A DNA stretch of 64,000 bases, from contig CBDEUM010000022.1 of NCBI GenBank assembly GCA_965242925.1, positions 224,001 through 288,000 on the forward strand, read 5' to 3'. Below the pieces are notes generated by a model. It did no database searches, was not told where the DNA came from, and saw only the letters and a list, made by a program, of their open reading frames with translations. Positions 58,625 to 64,000 of the stretch are shown in pieces. Positions within the stretch are counted from its first letter, which is position 1, and every line of letters starts with the position of its first letter. This DNA is from Roseibacillus sp. GTDB taxonomy: Bacteria > Verrucomicrobiota > Verrucomicrobiia > Verrucomicrobiales > Akkermansiaceae. The position numbers were made by a program, and so were the translations under genes.

Positions 58625-60783
58625 CACTTCTTTCCGGCCAGTGATTGCACTTCCTCTTCGGTGAGGGCGCGATCGAAGATCGCGATCTCATCCAGCCGCC
58701 CTTCCCAGTTGTCCTGGTTGTCACTGCGTCCGCCGAAGAAGAGCTGGGGCAGGTGGATACCCGTCTTGGGAACCGTGGGCTGGCGCAGCTCTTCCACGCC
58801 GTTCAGGAAGACGCTCAGACTGGTCTCCGATCGCACCACCGCGAGGTGCTGCCACTCCCAGCGTGGGATCACCGATTTGCCCGCCTGCAGGGAAAGTTCG
58901 CCAGGCCCCCGCTGCAGGATGAGGCGTCCGGCGTGTTCACCTTTGCCCCCGACTCCCGCGTGGAGCGAGCCCGCGGCCAGCCCGTGATCGTGTCCCCGCG
59001 AAACGAGCCAGCCGCTCACCTTGCGTGCGTCGCTGGGCATGCCGTTCCAGAACCAGAGCGAGAGCGACCACTGGTCTGCGAGGCCGGGAGGGCGCGTGCG
59101 CAGGCGTCCCCCGGCGAACATCGCGGCGCGATTAGTTTGGCCGGGGCCACAGAAAAGAGCGGAGCGTGGTCCTTCGAGGTAGTAGGTCACGTGGGACTCG
59201 TAGATCGCATCGTGGCGGTGGGGGCTGGAGTCGAGGGCGCGCGGTCCGGCGAACTCGTCGAGCCGATACCAGGCCGCCGGCTGCAACTGCGCGATGGCGG
59301 ATGCGGCCGGTCCGCGGCTTTGTCGAGGATGGCGCCGGGGCACTCCGGTGACCTGCTCCAGCAGAAGCGTGCACGACTCGGCGATGCGCGGTTCCGCGCT
59401 CACTTCCAGTCCGGCCGAGCGGGCGGCCCAGGTGTTGTAGCCGCCGAAGAGATGCTGTTCCGGAGGCGGAATGTAGCCATCGCCACCATTGGCCAACTCG
59501 ATCACCATGGTCTTCTCCAGCGGGCTGCTCCCTTTGATCTTCAAGCCCGTGATGGCGTAGGTCTCGTTGGGAGTGGTGGCGATGGCGATATCCCCGATGC
59601 GCAGGGCCTGGGTGACCACTTCGGTTTCCTGCCGCTCATGAAGAATGACCTGTTCCCGTGCGTAGATCTCCTCCTGCGTCTTGGGCAGGCGGTCGCCCAT
59701 CTTCTCCACCACCTGCTGCGACCATTCCAGGAGTTGCTTGTCGGGCACGCGGTACTTCAGGGTCATGCGCTGTTCCGCCATGGCGAGGTCCGCCGCTTCG
59801 CGGTACTCGACTGCCTCCAGGACCCCACTGGCCAGGTCGACCAGTCCGGAGGCATACTCTTCGATCTTGGCGAGCTTGTTCCAACTCTCGGGCAGGGCGT
59901 AGTCGCGCCGCCAGATGTCCCCGCTGCAGCCGTGCGACATGATCCCCACGAACTTGCTCCCGGGTTCGGGTGCGAGGCGTTTCTTCAGTCCCTCGCAGAA
60001 AAGACCAAAATAGTCGGCGCTGATTCCATCCTCCCCGGAAAAATAGTGCATCGAGAAGTTGGCGAGCACGGCCAGCGGTTTGCCCTCGCGGGTCTGAATC
60101 GAGATGAGGGAGAGCTCCGGGTCCTCCGGTCCCGATTCGCCCGTGACGTCGTCGAGGTTGCTGGCCGCGTGCATGTTGGCGCGGACGGTGGGATTGCCGA
60201 AGGGATCATTGACAATGCGGTCGGGTCGCCGGATCCAGCGCCGCAGGGCGGTGAATTCGGGAGCGCTCGTCCTCCCGAAGCCAATGCGGGCCGGCCGCAG
60301 GTCTTTGACCACACGCTCGATGGCCAGGACGAGGCGCTTTTTGAGGAAAGGAACGTAGTTGGGATCGGGCGGCGTGCCCAGCCCTCCCATGCAGGAACCC
60401 GCGGAGTGGGTGTGGGTGGCCGAGATCATGATACGGTCGCCGGGAATCCCGGTCGCTTTGGAAGCATTCTTCTTCACCTCATCGAGAAGGGGCCGGGGCA
60501 TCATGCAGCTGTCCACCACCACGATAACCGCGGTGGTCCGTCCGTCGGAGAGGGCTAGGGCCCGCGCTTTGAGGGGTGTCTTGACCTTGTCCATCGTGTT
60601 GCTCTGAAAGCCGCCGTTCACGATGACGGGAAACTGCTGCGGGGTGACATCGACGACCACCGCGCCGGCCTGGAAGGAGGCCGCGGGACGGCGTTCGGGC
60701 GGGGATTTGGCAGGCAGGAAGCAACACAGGGCTGCGGTGAGCACCAGGGCAAGGAGACTCAAGGAAAGGGCAGGGCGATTCAT
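58624..60783 (-). CDS. Neutral-ceramidase-like hydrolase fused to a C-terminal LamG domain
   Basis: SATHTHSA, ANFSMHY, ELANG..GYIP; AWYRLDE...WQHLAVV...GRLDEIAIFDRAL. Confidence 0.8.
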   Translation of the reverse strand: MNRPALSLSLLALVLTAALCCFLPAKSPPERRPAASFQAGAVVVDVTPQQFPVIVNGGFQSNTMDKVKTPLKARALALSDGRTTAVIVVVDSCMMPRPLLDEVKKNASKATGIPGDRIMISATHTHSAGSCMGGLGTPPDPNYVPFLKKRLVLAIERVVKDLRPARIGFGRTSAPEFTALRRWIRRPDRIVNDPFGNPTVRANMHAASNLDDVTGESGPEDPELSLISIQTREGKPLAVLANFSMHYFSGEDGISADYFGLFCEGLKKRLAPEPGSKFVGIMSHGCSGDIWRRDYALPESWNKLAKIEEYASGLVDLASGVLEAVEYREAADLAMAEQRMTLKYRVPDKQLLEWSQQVVEKMGDRLPKTQEEIYAREQVILHERQETEVVTQALRIGDIAIATTPNETYAITGLKIKGSSPLEKTMVIELANGGDGYIPPPEQHLFGGYNTWAARSAGLEVSAEPRIAESCTLLLEQVTGVPRRHPRQSRGPAASAIAQLQPAAWYRLDEFAGPRALDSSPHRHDAIYESHVTYYLEGPRSALFCGPGQTNRAAMFAGGRLRTRPPGLADQWSLSLWFWNGMPSDARKVSGWLVSRGHDHGLAAGSLHAGVGGKGEHAGRLILQRGPGELSLQAGKSVIPRWEWQHLAVVRSETSLSVFLNGVEELRQPTVPKTGIHLPQLFFGGRSDNQDNWEGRLDEIAIFDRALTEEEVQSLAGKK

Positions 60784-61148
60784 GGCGTTGGTTGTTTGGG
60801 CGGACCGAATTGAGTAACTTCGAGAGAGTTCGTGATTGCGAAGCACATTCAACACCAATGTTCGGGAATCTGATCTTCTATGTTAGTCTTACTCCGTCGC
60901 CGAAACCTCTCCAAACATCCCTTTCCCGCGGGAGTTCGCCGCTTTAAACCCGATAGCCTTTACGCTTCTCATAGCTACGAAGCGCGTCCTTTGCACCCCC
61001 ACCAACCCCGGGGCTTAAGGTCCCGGAAAATGGGGCTGAAAAAGGAATTCCCTAGCCGTTTGATTGCATCCATGAAGGATCGATTCGCGTAGATTCGCGG
61101 TCAGCATCTTTTGTCTTCGTCACCGAGCAAGGAACCCATTCAATCAAC

Positions 61149-62048
61149 ATGCAACCTGTAATACTACGAGCGGCGGTTCTGTTGGCGACACTCAGCGCGG
61201 GCTCGATTTGTGTCGCGGCGGAGGCTGGCGCCGGGAAGAAGACCTTCACGTTCCGCATCGAGGATCGGGTTACGATCCGCAGTAATCCGACCACGCAGAT
61301 CGCCATCTCGGTGAAAGAGTGGCCGGGCCAGACCTTTTTGTTGTGGATGCCCGAGGACGTGCGGCCGCTGTGGAACCAGTGGACGCCCGCAGTCGCCCGG
61401 CAAAACTTTTCCAAGACCGAGCGGGGGGGCTTGCTCTGGAGTTTCACCAAGAATCCGGGGGCTGTGATCACGGCCGAGCTGATTCCCCGGGAGGCGTCGC
61501 TGTTGCTGGAGGTCCGGGTGACCAACCGCGGTAGCAAGCCGCTGGCCAACGTGATGGCCCAGAACTGCCTGCACTTCTCGCAGGCGCCGGGATTCGCCTG
61601 CGACGATTTTTCGCGGATCCATATCCGCACCGGCGGCGCATGGAAGCGGCTCAGCGAGCTAAAGCCCAAGGCCGGGCTGCCGATGTACTACCGATCCGGA
61701 TTTCTGGAAGCGAAGCGCCGCGACAGTTGGGGCGGTGACCTTCACCATCTGGTGCAGAAACAGCGAGCCGACCATCCGCTGATCGCCTGCACTTCCAAGG
61801 ATGGACGGCGGACCGTCGCCACCGTCGCGGCGGACTACGAGTGCGTCTATCACAACCGCGACCTGAAATCGAAATACCTGTACTGCATCCACAGCCACCA
61901 GGCCCCGCTCCCGCTCCTCGCGCCGGGCAAGGAAAAGGTCTTCCGCCAGTGCATCTATTTTCTAGACGGCACCGTGGCCGACTGCGTGCGGGCCTACGAC
62001 AAAGATCGCAAGGCCGGCCTGTTTGGAGAGGTGGAGAGCGAGAAGTGA
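61149..62048 (+). CDS. Secreted hypothetical protein (beta-rich)
   Basis: Signal peptide, strong GC3 bias, AAGGAA SD-like box. Confidence 0.75.
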   Translation: MQPVILRAAVLLATLSAGSICVAAEAGAGKKTFTFRIEDRVTIRSNPTTQIAISVKEWPGQTFLLWMPEDVRPLWNQWTPAVARQNFSKTERGGLLWSFTKNPGAVITAELIPREASLLLEVRVTNRGSKPLANVMAQNCLHFSQAPGFACDDFSRIHIRTGGAWKRLSELKPKAGLPMYYRSGFLEAKRRDSWGGDLHHLVQKQRADHPLIACTSKDGRRTVATVAADYECVYHNRDLKSKYLYCIHSHQAPLPLLAPGKEKVFRQCIYFLDGTVADCVRAYDKDRKAGLFGEVESEK

Positions 62049-62364
62049 GGCGTGAGGGGATGCTGTTTGATAGGCTGCGGTGGTCCACCTCACCTGGAAA
62101 ACCTTTCCGCCTTCTACCGCACCGTGAACTCCGCACCCTCGCTGTGGCACGGATCGACCGGACACCCCTCGTCGTCGAGATTCCAGAATGCGACGCCCGT
62201 GCTCGTCGTGACCCGGCCGACCATTTTCCGGCTGTCCGTAAAGTTGACGAAGAAGACCATCCGACGTCCGTGTCGATCTGGAGGGCCTACGCTTCGTGAT
62301 CTGCAACGATCCACCCCCCGTCTGTTACGATCAGCTGCTTCAGAGCCCCCACCTATGGCGCCGA

Positions 62365-62456
62365 GGATTCGCACCACGACGAGCTATAAAGTGACCGACC
62401 CTTTTCTTTTTGTGGATTCGCGCTACGACGAGCTATAAAGTGACGGACACTTTTCT
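62365..62456. repeat. Two ~43-bp direct repeats (period 49) containing a short palindrome; REP-like
   Basis: GGATTCGC-ACC/GCT-ACGACGAGCTATAAAGTGAC(C/G)GAC(C/A)CTTTTCT; copy 2 holds AAAGTG-ACGGA-CACTTT. Confidence 0.75.
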
Positions 62457-62460
62457 CTAT

Positions 62461-63579
62461 ATGAACAAACATTTCATGCGCATGCGCGATTCGCTCTTTC
62501 TGGTCGCCGTCTCAGTTGCAATCCTTGCCGATCCGTCCGCTGCCGCGGAACCAGCCCAGGGAGCGACGAAGAATCTTGATCTTGGAAAGGGCGTTGGCCT
62601 GGAAGTGGTCTACATCCCACCGGGCAAATTCATGATGGGCAGCACGGCGGCAGAGAAGGCTTGGGCCACCGGAATCGAAGGCGGGGCACAACCGGGAACG
62701 GACCGCGAGAAGTTTGAGGGCGAGCCGCGACCGATGCGCGTTCGAAAGGGTTTCTGGATGGGACGCACCGAGGTCACGAGGAGACAATTCCGGAGTTTCG
62801 TGGAGGAGTCGGGTTACGTCACGGATGCCGAGAAGCCGGGCGGGATGACGCAGTGCTTCGATCATACATGGGATCGCTACTATTCCGCTTCGGGAATCAA
62901 AAACCCGTGGAAACCGATGGCGGACAAGAGCTGGCGTGATCCGGGTTTTGGAATCCCGATGAAGGACAGTTACCCGGTGGTCTGCGTGAGCTATCAGGAC
63001 ATGAAAGCGTTTTGCCGGTGGGCGACAGAACGAGAGCGCAAGGCCGGGCGACTACCCGCAGGCATGGAAGTCCGCCTGCCGACCGAGGCCGAATGGGCCT
63101 ACGCCTGTCGCGGCGGCAGTCAGGAAAGCCACTACTTTTGGTGGGGAAACGATCTCAGGGAGGGCAAAGGGCGGTTCAATATCTCCGCCGTCGATTTCCT
63201 TCCCGGGCGCGACACGGTCTGGCCCTTGGCAAATGCTCCCTGGAGCGATGGTTTTGCCTTCCTGTCGACCGCGGATCACTACGGGAAGAAAGGCCGCAAC
63301 GGCTTCGGTCTCGCGGACATGTGCGGTGGGGTGTGGGAGTTCACCCTCGATCACTTCGATCCGAAGGGCGGGCACGAGGAGGTCCACTACCTGGACCAGG
63401 AACAGCAATCGGTGTCGCATGCGGTCTGCCGCGGTGGCAACTACTTCGACGTCCCCGGCAACGCACGCTGTGCCGTCCGGCTCGGCATCGGGAGCGTGTC
63501 CTATTCCGACTCCCGGGATGGATTTCGGATTTGCCTGGGCACGCCAAGGAAGAGCACGCCCGTGCCGCCAAGACCTTGA
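62461..63579 (+). CDS. Formylglycine-generating enzyme (SUMF1) fold protein, secreted, probably not a true FGE
   Basis: IPPGKFMMG, TEVT..QF, PVVCVS, RLPTEAEW, N.FGL.DM.G.VWE, RGG.Y, GFR. Confidence 0.9.
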   Translation: MNKHFMRMRDSLFLVAVSVAILADPSAAAEPAQGATKNLDLGKGVGLEVVYIPPGKFMMGSTAAEKAWATGIEGGAQPGTDREKFEGEPRPMRVRKGFWMGRTEVTRRQFRSFVEESGYVTDAEKPGGMTQCFDHTWDRYYSASGIKNPWKPMADKSWRDPGFGIPMKDSYPVVCVSYQDMKAFCRWATERERKAGRLPAGMEVRLPTEAEWAYACRGGSQESHYFWWGNDLREGKGRFNISAVDFLPGRDTVWPLANAPWSDGFAFLSTADHYGKKGRNGFGLADMCGGVWEFTLDHFDPKGGHEEVHYLDQEQQSVSHAVCRGGNYFDVPGNARCAVRLGIGSVSYSDSRDGFRICLGTPRKSTPVPPRP

Positions 63580-63782
63580 TTTCGTTTGCCCGCGCTTCTT
63601 GGTCGCTTTCGTCGCACATATCTCCACGCCAGCTGACTAAGTTTGCCGCTTGGATAGTTCCCAAACCTAACGGTAGCTCGACCCTTTCTACGTCGCGATA
63701 TTCCCCAAGAGCCTTCTGCTCTGTGCTACGGTCACATCCAGATCATTTGCATCGATGGGAGTAAGCCTGTCGGCGATTCGGG

Positions 63783-63956
63783 GCCGTCCTCCGCGATCCC
63801 GTGACGGGAGTGACCCTCGACTGGAAACAGGTGGGCACCAAGCTCCCGGCCACCGCCCTGGGCACGTCGCTTGTGATCAAGTTCCGGCTCGATAGCGACG
63901 ACTTGTTCCACTTTGCCGCCTGCTACCCGGACGATTTCGAACTTACCATCCCATAG
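63783..63956 (+). pseudogene. Orphan 3' fragment of a secreted-protein gene
   Basis: ...GVTLDWKQVGTKLPATALGTSLVIKFRLDSDDLFHFAACYPDDFELTIP* resembles a jelly-roll C-terminus (FR..SD....GWY.DD); followed by a hairpin at about 63959-63992. Confidence 0.4.
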
Positions 63957-64000
63957 GGCCTGGCGTGGCAGAGGATCTTGCCTACGCCAGGATCTCCTTC

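Noticed and set aside
58645..60558. Long antisense ORFs (also 24317-25936, 15115-16509, 49700-51109, 45429-46619, 57647-58987)
   Set aside because: Shadow frames opposite well-supported genes, expected with strong GC3 bias; no recognisable motifs.

Overview
High-GC bacterial chromosome segment, most likely Verrucomicrobiota, judged from its PVC-type gene families and the style of its housekeeping proteins. About 1-41 kb is mostly core genome: partial lgt, M42 peptidase, DAHP synthase, rpsM-rpsK-rpsD, thrS-infC, a MoxR/DUF58/BatA cluster, nusA-infB-rbfA-nrnA-truB-ribF, tRNA-Lys(UUU), cdsA-dxr and mtnP. About 42-64 kb is accessory: a propeller/methyltransferase protein, a sulfatase, a GS-like/ALDH/Fe-ADH/GATase amine catabolic operon, an aminophosphonate-oxidase-like FAD enzyme, yaaA, a PVC cytochrome c protein, a ceramidase-like-LamG protein and an FGE-family protein. 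Most notable: (1) a coupled lipoprotein + class III nucleotide cyclase-TPR pair with non-canonical specificity residues inserted between rbfA and nrnA; (2) long acidic tandem-repeat tails on S11, NusA and IF3, each broken by small indels that are probably sequence errors; (3) a putative gamma-glutamylation pathway for an amino alcohol/amine; (4) several decayed gene remnants in intergenic DNA. No CRISPR, integrase or transposase was seen. All product calls come from motif recognition by eye, not from database searches.
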